Notes under the pieces: generated by a model
Database searches by the model: none
Told to the model about the DNA's origin: nothing
What the model saw: only the letters and a program-made list of their open reading frames with translations
Made by a program: the position numbers and the translations under genes
In this document: in pieces, positions 49,607-62,407 of the stretch
Layout of the letters: every line of letters begins with the position of its first letter
Numbering within the stretch: position 1 is the stretch's first letter
Source: Leucoraja ocellata
Lineage: Eukaryota
DNA length: 64,000 nt
Assembly: GCA_036785375.1 (NCBI GenBank)
Contig: JAWMAR010001184.1
Coordinates: forward strand, 186,001-250,000
Reading direction: 5' to 3'

Positions 49607-50775
49607 TTTCACCAATGTTGCCTTGATAGCTAAAGTCACTTCAAGTACATCAAATTCTTTGACCACTATTTGATTTTAAAAACATTGTTCCGCTGTACTC
49701 TGGTCTCTTTTCTTTAGCTCGGGAATCAGTAAACAGGAATCACCAATTTAAATCTGCCATTGAATGAGTGTAAAGATTAGGGGAAGGTTGTTTATACAAA
49801 GCTTTGTTGGAATATGAAATATTTTGTCATAAAAATGGCCGAGGCAAAGATGAATGGGAAATTATGACATATTTGCAGTGTTAGAAGATGAAAGTTAATG
49901 GGGAGAGAACAGGGCAGTAGGGTTTGGTCAGTATGATGAAGAGTCCCAAGCTGAAAAGTTATCTGTCTATTCCCTCCGCAGGTGCTACCTGATCCAGAGT
50001 TCCTCCAGCACTTTGTGTTTTTGCCACGATTCCAGCATCTGTAATTTCATGTGTCTCCAGGGTTAGTTTTAGATTGTTCTTCTGAAGATTTGAAAGAGAG
50101 ATGAGGGGCTCAATGGCTTTCTCCTGTGTGATACATTTAAATTACTCTGTGAGCTTAATTTCGACTTTACTACAATCAGGGGAACCAAAGCAAAGCCATT
50201 TGATTCCAATATTCAACACTCAATGGCTCTGTTGTTCAGCGGTCACCTGGATTTTATCAATAACGTCAGAGAGACCAATAATTAGTTTGGAAATAAACAT
50301 GAAACTTGGCCCAGTAATAACAGTTGCAATAACAAAGACCGATATCTCTATACACTGACTAGGTAATATAAGTAAACAAGTTTGCACCCTGTACAAGCAT
50401 AAGAAATTCGAAGTGAAGTCTGAGTCTGATATATCTCCAGCCTTAATCAGTGCTACTCCCTGTGCATTACTTATTACTTATACTTGATCACTCACAATGC
50501 ATTTCTCACTATCAATTTGAAATATACATTACGAGGCACTGGTACAAGTATAGGCATCTAACTAAGGAGTGATTGAACAGTTACTCTGCCCCTTCAATTC
50601 ACCTCCCTGTTGCTGTAGAACAGGCTGGCAGCTCCTCATTACTTCACCATAATATTTCACCCAGCAATCCCGAAGTTCATATGATTGCAATTTACAACCT
50701 CTCGCTGGACAGAGGTCAGGAAACGTTTTTGTATTGCTCACACAGAGATCTCATTACCTTATTACATCTTCATTG

Positions 50776-51075
50776 GGGCGGCACAGTGGCATACCTGTTG
50801 CCTCACAGTGGCAAAGACCTGGGTTCAATCCTGACCTCGGGTGTTGAATTTGCCTGTATGGAGTTTGCATATTCCCCCTGTGACCGTGTGGGTTTCCTCG
50901 GGAAGCTCTGGTCTCCTTCCACATCCCACATGTGTGTTTGCTGGTTAATTGGCCTCTGTAAATTGCCCATATTGTGTAGGGAGTGGGTAGGTGAGAAAAT
51001 ATTGAACCAGCGTGATGGATGGTCGGTGTGGACTCAGTGGGCCGAAGGGCCTGTTTCCATGCTGTATCTCTAAAC
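50776..51075 (+). mobile_element. tRNA-derived V-SINE (HE1-like), near full length
   Basis: ggggcggcacagtggc head, B-box GGGTTCAATCC, V-core 'ggagtttgcatattccccctgtgaccgtgtgggtttcc', CR1-derived tail. Confidence 0.88.
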
Positions 51076-51878
51076 AAAAAAAATGTGACATCATCTAATC
51101 ACTGCAAACCTGGCAGCATCCTGCTCCAGGATCTTCGGTACTCTGTTTTATACAAATTCCTTTAAAGAAAAACATTTTAGATCAAGATGGGAGGCAGGCT
51201 GAAATGCAGCAAAATACCAAAACCTTCTACTGTTTGGAAAGGCTTGACCTGGATATTTGGCAGGATAGAGTTGGAAGAAGGTTGATCCCATTAACAAAGC
51301 CATGGCTGTAATTCCAAACCTCTCCAGGAGAGGCGCAGTCAGTGAAAGGTTGCACCTTCAGCAGAGCAGGGCTCCATGGAAGGACATAAGACGCTCGCTG
51401 GCCCATCATCCATGTGGTGGCTCTCTGAGCAGGAGGCAGGGAGAATTGGATGTATCTCTCAATGTACTGGAGTATTTTTGTTCTTATGATAGATATGTAG
51501 TCAATTATTGTTTTATTGGATAGACTGTACATTCCAGTTCACGCACATATGCTACATCAACATGCTTCCTTTTGTAATCTATAGGGTTTCTGTCAAATAA
51601 GTTAAATCTGTGACCTCCTGTGGTTACTGACATTTCCAGCAAAGGAAACAGCTTGTCATTATTAATTTTATCAAAACCATTCCCCTATTGAATTTATTCA
51701 TAACCTTCACTGCTGTAAGGAATATACGGTGGATCAAGAGCAGACGTAAGGCTCCACATACTGAGGTTTTACAACCCAGCAGCCATGACGGTCTCATCCT
51801 TTCCCTCCCAAAAGCTGTCACCTGCTTCCTAAAGCGGATACCAAGATTTGGAAACAATATTCCAGCTGATATAATTTC

Positions 51879-52098
51879 CAAGAAGGAACTGCAGATGCTG
51901 GTTTAAACCGTAACCAGACACAAAAGCTGGTGGAACTCAGCGGGTCGAACAGCATCTCTGGAGAAAGGAATATGTGGCATTTCAGGTCGAGACAGTTCTT
52001 CAGACTGAAGAAGGATCTCGAACTGAAATGTCACCCATTCCTTTTTCCAGAGATGCTGTCTGACCCGCTAAGTAACTCCAGCTTTTTGTGTCAATCTT
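51879..52098. mobile_element. Palindromic Penelope-derived mini-element with back-to-back hammerhead cores
   Basis: Imperfect palindrome 51917-52092 centred on TCTTCAG-A-CTGAAGA (51997-52011); TSD TGATAT(A/C)ATTTC at 51867-51878 / 52099-52110. Confidence 0.82.
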
Positions 52099-52937
52099 TG
52101 ATATCATTTCTGCTGGATAGAGAGCCGTTGTTTCAAATGAGCTTTCATATCCAGTTGCAGCACTGTTTATACTACTTTTATTTCCTCTTCTATTCATCCC
52201 CTGCTGAAGGTGCTGACTCTCCCTGGGGTCTGGACCCCTCCCCTGAAGGTGCTGAATTTCACTGCAATCCATTGTAAGGCTGTTAAATGCGAGCATCAGA
52301 CTACAACAGGAGATTCTATTCAGCACGGACACAATTCTTGCATCAGAGGAGTGCGAGGTGATAGATTTGTCCACTAAAGACTGTGATTCTTTTCTAAAAT
52401 TTATGAGGTATTCTGGGTAGAATGAAGGCATGCACTTTCATTCCTTCCAGGATGTAGAGGTTGTAAAAGGCCAATTTCCATTTTTACAGTCCACTCCTGC
52501 TGAGGCCATTGTTCACGCGGATGAACAATACAAAGTGAACCATCTAATATGTCAGTAAAGTTTCCCAGTTTGCCCTTAGTCAGCAGATGGCTATGAAATA
52601 TTCTGCCTGTCTTTCACTGGGAAACCAATGAAAACAACAAGGAAATATACTGCCGCCCACAGGGTACATAGTTTGCCCAACCACTGGGTGTGTTTTAAAA
52701 TTCTTCAGTTTCATGGAGATATGGAAATGGTTTGAGTTGAAGAGTGATGACTACAACAGCCTCAAATGCAATTCACCCCTCCCCCTCCCCCACACCTTCA
52801 CCTGTGCAAGGAGATGAAATTAACCAAGTAGCAAATAAGCCTCAGACAGTCAAAAACATAAAAATAAAGACAATTAAGTAAAGTGCGATGTTTTCTATAA
52901 CCATTCCTTGCCCGTCTACATTGGTGTGAAGTGGGGA

Positions 52938-52968
<31 letters not shown>

Positions 52969-55900
52969 AAAGATGCAAAACACATTCTCAAATTTCCCTT
53001 AACAAAGATTTCAATGGAACCTGAGGGGCACCTTTTTCACACAGTGGGCGATGCATATATGGAACAAGCTGCCACAGGAGGTGGTTAAGGCAGGTACCAT
53101 AACAACATTTAAAATACAGTACATTTGGACAGGTACATGGATAGGAAAGATTAAGAGGGATATGGGCCCAAAGCGGGCAGGTGGAACTAGCTGAGGTGGG
53201 GCATATCGGTCAACATGGGGATGTTGGGCGAAAGACCTGGTTCCATGCTCTGTGACTCCATGACTATGAAAATGGAAGAGAGGAGTATGGAAGGGTTTAC
53301 AAACTAATTTTATAAAGTACACAAGGCTTGCTGCTTCATTTGCTGAGCATGTATTGAGCCAGTGGAGAAAGGAGAACAAGTGTCTGCAGGCTATTTGGAT
53401 ATCCAGAAAATATTATTTGAACTGCCAGAGGGCAGGTAGATAGCAATCTCATGGTGACACACGCCTGGAGATGCTGCAATCTCAATCATAAAACAAACAT
53501 CTGGAAGAACTCGGCAAATCAGGTGACATCAGGAGAGAATGGGCAGATCATGTTTCAGGTCAGGACTGATCCGATTGAATGTGTATTGTAGCCACGTTTT
53601 CTGATTGTACAAGGGAAGCAATAAAGCCAGTTGTGAGGAGAAGCTTACAACCCAATGGTATGAACATTGAATTCTACAATTTTAGGTAAACAACCCCCCA
53701 CCCCTTTCATCCCACCCTCCCCCCGTTTTATTTTCCGCCTCTCTCCTGTACCTAGACTCTTACCAATATCTCCTCTTCCGTTCCATCCACATCCCTAGCT
53801 TTATAATTCGCAACACCTTTTGTCTTTTCATCTGGCCTTTATCCATTCTGTCTATCAACCCTCCTCCCCACCCTCACCTGTATCTACCTATAACCTATCT
53901 ATGTTCTCCAGAGATACTGCCTGACCCGCTGAGTTACTCCAGCGTTTTCTGTCTTTTTTTTAAACCAGCACTTGGTTTCTTCATTTGCTCTCACTCGTTC
54001 ATATCTGGTTCTTCCCTTTTACACATTCATTTGAGTATCCTCCTTCTCCAGTGTGAGGCCACTCGACACATCTTCCCCTCCCCTCCTCTTTCACCATTCA
54101 CTCCGAGCCAAGCTGGTCCACTTGTCAATTATCCCAACACCCTCTTTACTTCCTGACCTATTATGGTATGTACATGCAGGAGATGAAACACCTGTTTCGC
54201 CTTCTACTTTGCATTGTCCAGGGCCCAAACATTTCTTTCAGGAGAAACTGTGATTTACTTCTTGTATTTGCAAGTTGGAATACCACATGTTCCTCTTATG
54301 ATGGTCTACACATGTAGGATGACAAGTGCCCACTTGTGACCTGGTCATGCGTCACTTTAATCTTCTGCTCACTTCAACTCCAGTCCTCATTCTCCTGCAT
54401 GGTTCCAATGAAGCTCGACATAAACTTTCAATAAGACTTTCTGGGCTCAACATTGAGTTTGAGAATGATTCTGCTATTTCCACTTCCATCCCTTCAAGAC
54501 TCGCTCTAACCTTGTTACTGATTCCGCTACCATTCCTTTGCCTTGCATCATCATCCCTGTTATCATTTATTGTTTTACCCCTTTTACAGGCTTTGATCTT
54601 GTCTTCCCATCACACTTGCACATCACTGACATCCACTAAGTTCAACGTTTCTCTGTACTGCCATTGCCTGATCTGCTGGGCATTTCTGCCATTCTATGTT
54701 TTTATGTCAAAATAAACTATTGATTTTCAGCTGTTATCTGAAGAAGGGATTAAGATTTAAACATTTTTAATCTATTGCTTGCTATGTTTATTTAAGTTCT
54801 GTTTCCTCTTAACACTTACTGATTTACGTCAATAAAGTTACTGAATTCTGAAGCTGCTGCTGCGTTATGCGCTTAGTCTTTTGATGTACATACTCTATTT
54901 ATTTTTATTGTTTTAGTAACTATTACTTTGAAAGTTATTTTTGAATGCATTTTTCCAGTGTATTGTGGTAAATGATTTGTGTCTATGAGAGAAATATGCA
55001 GCTGGTTTGAGATGTAGAATTTAGTGACCATTTGTTCACCACACTAGGGATGTGATTGCTCAGGAGATGGTGCAGAAGGGATTCACCCGGATGTTGCCCG
55101 AGATGGAGTGATTTAGCCATGAGAAGGACTGGATAGACTGGGCTTGTTTTCTATAATATTTTTTTTTCGATTAGTATGAACAAGGGTCCCACCAGAAAAC
55201 ATAATCTGTCCATTCCTTTTACACATGCTGCCTGACCTGCTAAGTTCTTCAGCACTTTGCTTTTTGATCAAGATTTCAGCATCTGCAGTTCCTTGTGTCT
55301 CCTCTTTTGTTTTCCTTCGAGAAGGTTGAAAGGACACATGATCAAATATGAGGATGGATCATGAGAATCCTTTTCCTTTAGTAGGCCATCTGAACCAGAA
55401 GGCAACGGGAAGAGCTAGGAGGGTGATTGAAATCTGGAAAGTACTAACTGTTGTGATGGTGGAGGCTGGTACTCTCACCTTATTTAAAAGACGAACATTT
55501 AAACTCCACAACAAAGAGGACCATAGACAAAGTGCTGGGAAATTGGGTTAGTATAACTCGGTGGGCCAAACAGCCTGTTTCCATATTGTATGACTCTATA
55601 CCTGGCAGACTTTGATGAAAATTGCAGCTTCAAATGGAATTTTTATCAACACAGAATGTTAAAGTAGAACAGTCTATCAGCAAAATCTCTTATCAGCAAA
55701 TGGATTAGCTCCTTCAGAGAGGAGAAGCGTGACATGCTGATTTTAAGAGTATTTGATGGCTATGTTAAGGACAGGTCATTCACCCCTCTCACAATTCACC
55801 TCAGGCATGGTCACCCACTTTCAATCTCTGTTTTATAATTCCTACCATTATCATTGTTGTTATAGTGTCAGAGCATTCAGCACGGAAACAGGCCCTTCGG

Positions 55901-56099
55901 AGCAGCTTGCCCATGCCCACCAAGGTGCCTCAGCTACATTAGTCCAACCTGCCCGCTTTTGGCCCATGTCCTCTAAATCATTCTTATCCATGTCCAAATG
56001 TCTTTTAAATGTTGTTATAGTTTCTGCTTCAACTATTTCCTCTGGCAGCTCATTACATGTATCCACCACCCTCTGTGTGAAAAGGTTGCTGATTAGATT

Positions 56100-56445
56100 C
56101 CGCTTACAACTCAGCGGTATGAATATTGATTTCTCTAACTTCAAGTAACACTTGCTTTCCTTTCCCTCTCTCTCTGTCCCTCTCTCACCCTAGTTCTATG
56201 ACTAGTTTCACTGTCTTTCTGATTAATTTTCCTGATTGTATGCCTCGTTGTCACCTTCCCCTCATCTGAATCATTCTACATTTCCTTATCGTCCGCTTTG
56301 ATCTGTTGTTTTCACACCTTACCCTTCCATATCTGTAATCTCCCTCTTTCCTTGACTCTCAGTCTGAAGAAGGGACTCGACCCAAAATGTCACCCATTCC
56401 TTCTCTCCAGAGATGCTGCCCGTCCCGCTGAGTTACTCCAGCATT
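56100..56445 (+). mobile_element. Penelope-like 3' end with a mutated hammerhead core
   Basis: SGMNIDFSNFK C-terminus as in 19579-20028; CTGAAGA 56364-56370 with GAAA changed to AAAA. Confidence 0.8.
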
Positions 56446-56449
56446 AAGA

Positions 56450-57240
56450 TCTCATGTAACCTTAATAACCAATTTTATTATCGACAATACCCTCCACTAT
56501 GCGCTATCATCTGGAAACGTATTATTCCTGCCTTGTCCGTTCTCATGCAAATCATTGATATAAACCACAAAAAGCAATGGGCACAGCACTGATCCTTGAG
56601 GCAAACCCCTAGTCACAGGCCTCCAGTCTGAAAAACAACCTTCTACCATCTTTTTTTTGAGCCAGTTGGCTAACTCACCCTGGAACCCATTTGATGTCAT
56701 CTTCCAAAGCAGCCTACCATGCGGAACCTTGTCAAATGCCTTGCTGAAAGACAATATCTACATCTCTGCCGTCATCAACTTTATGATTATATCTTCAAAA
56801 ACTCATTCAGATTCGTGAGACATGATCTCCCATCTACAAAACTGTGGTGACTATCCCTAATCCGTCCTCGTCTATCTAAACGCATGCATTTCTTATACCT
56901 CAGAATGCCCTGGTAACTTTGCGACCACAGATGGTAGGCTCACAGGCCCATAATTTCCAGGCTTGTCCTTGCAACCCTCAATAAATAGAGGCCGAACATT
57001 TGCCGCCCTCCAGTCGACCAGCACCTAACTCATATTTAATCATGGCTCATATCTCAGCCCGGACATCTGCAATTTCTTCTCTATCTTCCCACAGTGTCCT
57101 TGGATATATCTGATCAATCCCAGGAGAGTTGTCTGCCTTGATGCGCGTTAAGACATTCAACATCACCTCGATCGTAATGCTGATTGCCCTCAAGACACTT
57201 CTATTGACTGCCCCAAGTTCCCTGGTCCTCGTGTCTTTGT
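56450..57240 (-). mobile_element. CR1 LINE RT fragment
   Basis: FSKAFDKVPHGRLL, GLPQGSVLCPLLFVVYINDL, SPGIDQIYPRTLWE. Confidence 0.88.
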
Positions 57241-60200
57241 TCTGTATCATTCATTCATTCCTCCCAATCTCCAAAGTTCCCTGTAGGATTCACTCATTCT
57301 CCCCAACCCGATTTTTTAATACCTCAGACAACTCAACGCATGGAATATTCTATTCTTCAGATAATCAGTGACCGTTTAACACTAGAACCGGGATCAGGAA
57401 TGGTAGCTGCTTACAGAGCATCAGAGGGAAAGCAAACAAGATATTCCAGAGGCGGTTCTTTGTAAGAAATTCTACAATTATTTAAAATCCAAACTTAATA
57501 CCAGGCAAGAGGACATAGCTTTAAGGTGAGATGGGCAAAGTTTAAGGAGATGTGCAGGGCACATTTTTGATTCAGAGGGTGGTAGATGCCTGGAATATGT
57601 CGCCAGGGGGTGGTGGTAAAGGTAGATATGACAGTGGCATTTAAGGGGCATTTAGATGGGCACATGGATATGCAAAGAATGGAGGTATATGGATCAGGTG
57701 TTGGCATTATGTTCGGCATGGATAATGTGGGCCAAAGGGCCTGTTCCTATGTTGTACAGTTCTATGTGCTCAGACATCAGGCTATGTTCTTTAACTCATA
57801 CATGTCAGAATATTGTCCTTTGCATGAGCTAATGAGTCAATATGTATGCCCTTTCTGTCATTTAATTATATCAAGGCCTCAACTTCTTTTTGCTTTTCTT
57901 CACTTTACAATCTTGTCATCTCCCTCAACCAAATTATATTAACCATATTGCAACCATATAACAATTACAGCACGGAAACAGGCCATCTCGGTCCTACAAG
58001 TCCGTGCCGACACATATTGAATTTAGTTTTAAAATCTCCAGTTCCACTTCAAACTATTGTGGAAATTAGCTCCAGATTATAACTACACTGGCCCTGTGAC
58101 AAACTTCTCTTGCTGTCACCCCTGAACGTATTCTAAGATAATGGCTGTGCATTCTTGGGCAAGTCTTCACCCACCCTTCACTCACCCTTCTAAACCCTCT
58201 TCTCATTTCAACCCCTTCATCAAATTAGACTTCCATCTTCAAAATTCAAGGGAACAGAAGGCACGTGCCTGGCACCAGGAATTATAAATTAATTATTTAT
58301 GTCACAGAAATGGCCCCACCCAACTCCAGTAATTGTTCCGTTAATATTGACACAAATGACAGCATTCCTCAAGAAGTGAAAGTCACAAAACTGCTGATGT
58401 TGGAAATCTGACAAGAGCCTTCTACCCGAAATATATGCTCTGTTTCTCTTCCCCCACACACTGCCTGGTGTGCTGAGTGGTATCTGTTTATATTCACAAG
58501 TGGGCTGTGGCCCGTGCTCACAGGCACAACGTGTGCTGGATGTAAGCTGGCCAGGGTGGAATAATGTAGATTGCAATGTGCGATGGAAACTCTGAATCAT
58601 GAACTCCATTGTGTTTGTGGTCAGGGAGAAACATCTCAGCCAATAGCTTTCCCTGTGGTCACCCAGTTCTGCAATGAGATGGAATGAATAAACCCACACC
58701 AACGTGAATGATGTCAGATTCTCCAAGACATACAAGCGCCATGAAACAGGTGCTCTTCATTCCAGCATTACTGAGTCACGTCAGAATGGGTGGGTCACTC
58801 TACCATTTGCCTCAGGTGAGCAGCCAACATAATCACAGTCCACTCACACCCTGGTCATTCTCTCTTCTCCCCTCTCCAATTGATATAAAGGCTTGTCAGC
58901 AGTCTACCACATTCAAGAACAGCTTCTTTAAAGACCTCTCATATGTTAAGGATCTTCCTCCCTACCTCATTGTAGCACTCCAGACAAAGGATTCTGTGGT
59001 GGCAATCGAGACTCAATGCCTGGAACGTATTGCCTTGGGTAGTGGTTGAGGCAGGTACGATAGTGGCATCCCAGAAACTGTTGGATATGGATGTGCAGGG
59101 ATATGGATAATATGCAGGTAGATAAGAATTGGTCTTGGCATCATGTTCGGCACAGACATTGTGGGCTGAAGGGCCTGTTGTTGTGCTATGCTGTTCTATG
59201 CTCTATGATGAGATACTAAACCAAGGGCCCCACTCCCTCTCAAATTCTAGATTCCACAATATTATTGGAAGAAGATCAAGGTAATTACTTCTCCTGGGTT
59301 AAAAACTATCTTTAAACAACATTAGTAAAAATGAATAATTTGGTCATTTGCAAATCCTGCTTGAGGGATTTTGTTCTGTGAAAATCTCTAGGTCTGTTTC
59401 CTGCATCACAACATAAACGACAATTCAAAACTGTTGCAATAACCACTTTGGGACTTGCTGCTATGAAGCACGTTCTAAAAATGCAAGTAACTCTTTATAT
59501 AAACTCCCTTCAACCATTTTTGATTAGATCCAAGGCTATAACTTGATCAGTGTCCTTCCTTGTCCTGGAGCAGTCACCTGGACTGGGATCATCTGCCAAT
59601 CAGGCAGGTTCTATCAAACACAGAAAATAATTTGATGTAATAGCGATACCAGTTGCTAATACAATTAATTATTTAAACAGGGCGTTTACAAAGAACATTA
59701 GGTCATCTAACGAGGTTGGTACAGAGGAGAATGACGTGGGGCATATGACTCAGAGCAAACAAAGACAATTTATTGAAAATAATGAGTACGTAGAGTGGTG
59801 CAAAGAGGATCTACAATATCTCCAACGAGAAGAAATGCAGTGAGTTGAGGATAGTTATCTGTAAATTATGTACAATGAATTCCTCAGTAGTGTGGCTGCA
59901 GTACAATATAAGCAGGAAATCTGGGCACATTCAATCACCAGGAACATCAGTGATTCACACCAGTGGCCTATATTCTTTACAAATGGAAGTTAAAGACTGA
60001 TTTTTTTCAATGTATGGTTCATAATAGAGTCAACAGTAGAAGGGAGAGTAGGGAAGGCTATCCTTTTAATCTTCTTTTGCTACACTGTTCAGTGCTTTGA
60101 ACAGATTTAACCTGTTAAGCATTTTATTCAGTTTCAAACCCAGTTTGAATATTTTGCAGTTTCCCTTCAGGAACCTGAAATGTTTGTTAGATTTTAATAT

Positions 60201-60959
60201 GCTGACTCAGCTCCAGTGGATTTCCAGCAGTAAGTGTTTGAGCGTTCATGGTCCAGTTTACTTAGAATATTGAGCAAAACACATGCTGGAAAAACTCACC
60301 AGGACAGATGGCGTTTTAAGTTGGGATCCTTCTTTAGACTATCCATTCCCTCCACAGATGCTGCCTGACCCACTGAGTCCTTCCAGCATTTTATGTTTTG
60401 CTGAAAATTCCAACATCTGCAGTTTTTTATGTCTCCGATAATTTATTGTACATTTATTGTTTATATTTAGCCTGTAAAGCAGCAGCAAGTAGGAATTTCA
60501 TATTTCTGGTTCATAAAGTCATATGGCACAGAAAACGATCCTTTGGCCCAACTTGTCCATGCCGACCAAGATTCTCCATCTAAGCTAGTCCCATTTGCCC
60601 GTGTTTGGCCTATATTTCTCCAAACCTTTTCTTCAATTTTGTATCCATGTCTTTTAAATGCCATTATGGTACCTGCCTCAACTACCTTCTCTTGCTGTTC
60701 GTTCCATAGGCCCACCACCCTCTGCATGAATATTCAGTCCATGCGACAAATAACCATTCATTCAGCAGCCTTGATGAACTTACAAATTAAATGTGCAGGT
60801 CTATAACCTGGTATGCTGCGAAAATTCAATTCCTTATAAATATCACAACTGATTACTGGGAATATAAAAGTGGATGGTAAATGGTTCTACAAATATGTAA
60901 AAAGAAAAAAGATTAGTGAAGTCAAATATAGGTCCCTTACAGACAAAAACAGGAGAAAA

Positions 60960-61167
60960 TATAGAAACAAGAAACATCAGATGCTGGTTTACAAAATCCC
61001 CCACAAAATCCTGGTGTAATTCAGCGGGTCAGGCAGCATCCCTGGAGAACATGGATAGGTGATGATTCGGGTCAGGATCCTTAATCGGACTGAATCAGTC
61101 TGAAGAAGGGCCCTGACCCGAAATGTCCCCGACCCGCTGAGGTACTCCAGCACTTGTGTCCTTTTTT
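60960..61167. mobile_element. Palindromic Penelope-derived mini-element inserted in a CR1
   Basis: 10-bp TSD CAGGAGAAAA at 60950-60959 / 61168-61177; + strand core CTGAAGA 61100-61106 ... GAAATGTC 61120-61127. Confidence 0.78.
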
Positions 61168-61489
61168 CAGGAGAAAACACAACGGGAACAGGAAAAATGG
61201 CAAAAAGACTAAAATAAGTTGTTAGATTATGTGTTCACAGAGGAGAATACGTTACATTACAGAAATCTTAGAATACTAGAATCTGACACTAAAGAAAATT
61301 AGAAGTTTAAATCAGACACCTAAAATGTACATCTGAAAAAAAAATTTTCTTCGCAAGTAACATCATACAAAACCCGTAAATCTGTCCCCTCATGCGAAGT
61401 GAATATTGTTGGCTTCTGCCATTATTTCCCTATGGAATGAGTTATGCTCAAACATTTCAACAGAAATAAGTTCTGAACCTGTGCACAAA

Positions 61490-62090
61490 GAAGGCAAACG
61501 CAATGCTGGCATTTATTTCCAGAGGGCTAGAATACAAAAACAGGGATGTAATGCTGAGGATCTTATAAGGCGCTGGTCAGGCTGGATTTGGAGTATTGTG
61601 AGCAATTTTGGGCACCATATATGAGGAGGGATGAGCTGGCTTTGGAGAGAGTCCAGAGGAGGTTTACAAGAATTATCCCAGGAGCGAGTGCGTTAAAATA
61701 TGATGAATATTTGACGGCATTGGGCTTGTACTCGCTGGAGTTTAGAAGAATGAGGAGGGACCTCATTGAAACCTACTGAATAGTGAAAGGCTTGGATAGA
61801 GTGAATGAGGAGAATCTAGGACTAGAAGTCATAGCCTCAGAATTAAAGGACGTTCCTTTAGGAAGGAGATGAGAAGGAATCTCTTTAGTCAGAGGGTGGT
61901 GAATCTGTGGAATTTTTTGCCACAGAAGGCTGGATATTTTTAAGGCAGTGATAGATAGATTCTTGATGAGTACTGGTGTCAGGGGTTAAAGGGAGAAGGG
62001 ATGGGAGGGAGAGATAGATCAGCCATGATTAAATGGCAGAGTCGACTTGTGGGGCCTAATGGCCTACTTCTGCTCCTATCACTTATGACC
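61490..62090 (+). mobile_element. CR1 LINE 3' fragment
   Basis: EYCEQFWAPYMRRDELALERVQRRFTRIIPG..LYSLEFRRMRRDLIETY plus CR1 3' UTR. Confidence 0.88.
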
Positions 62091-62407
62091 TTTTAACCTT
62101 ATGCACAGAGTTCGGTTTCTGCTGAGTCATATGGAGTTGACACTGGAATCCTGTGATTCCACATGACCATTCAGAACCGACAGCAGGGCAGAGGTGACAA
62201 AGGACTGAAACACAATTGATTAACTTTAATATTTTTAATTCCTTCCAAACATTACTTCATTCACTAGAGGGCACCTTGGTCGGCATGGATGAATTGGGTA
62301 GAAAGGTCTGTTTACTTGATTATAACTATGATAATGACTTTAATTTCAACAATATTTTCAATTGTGTCTCCATCAAAAAATAATTTAATCTCCATTTTCA
62401 TTGATAG

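Noticed and set aside
50776-50835. tRNA gene
   Set aside because: The B-box is a SINE head followed by the V-core and CR1 tail; no cloverleaf.
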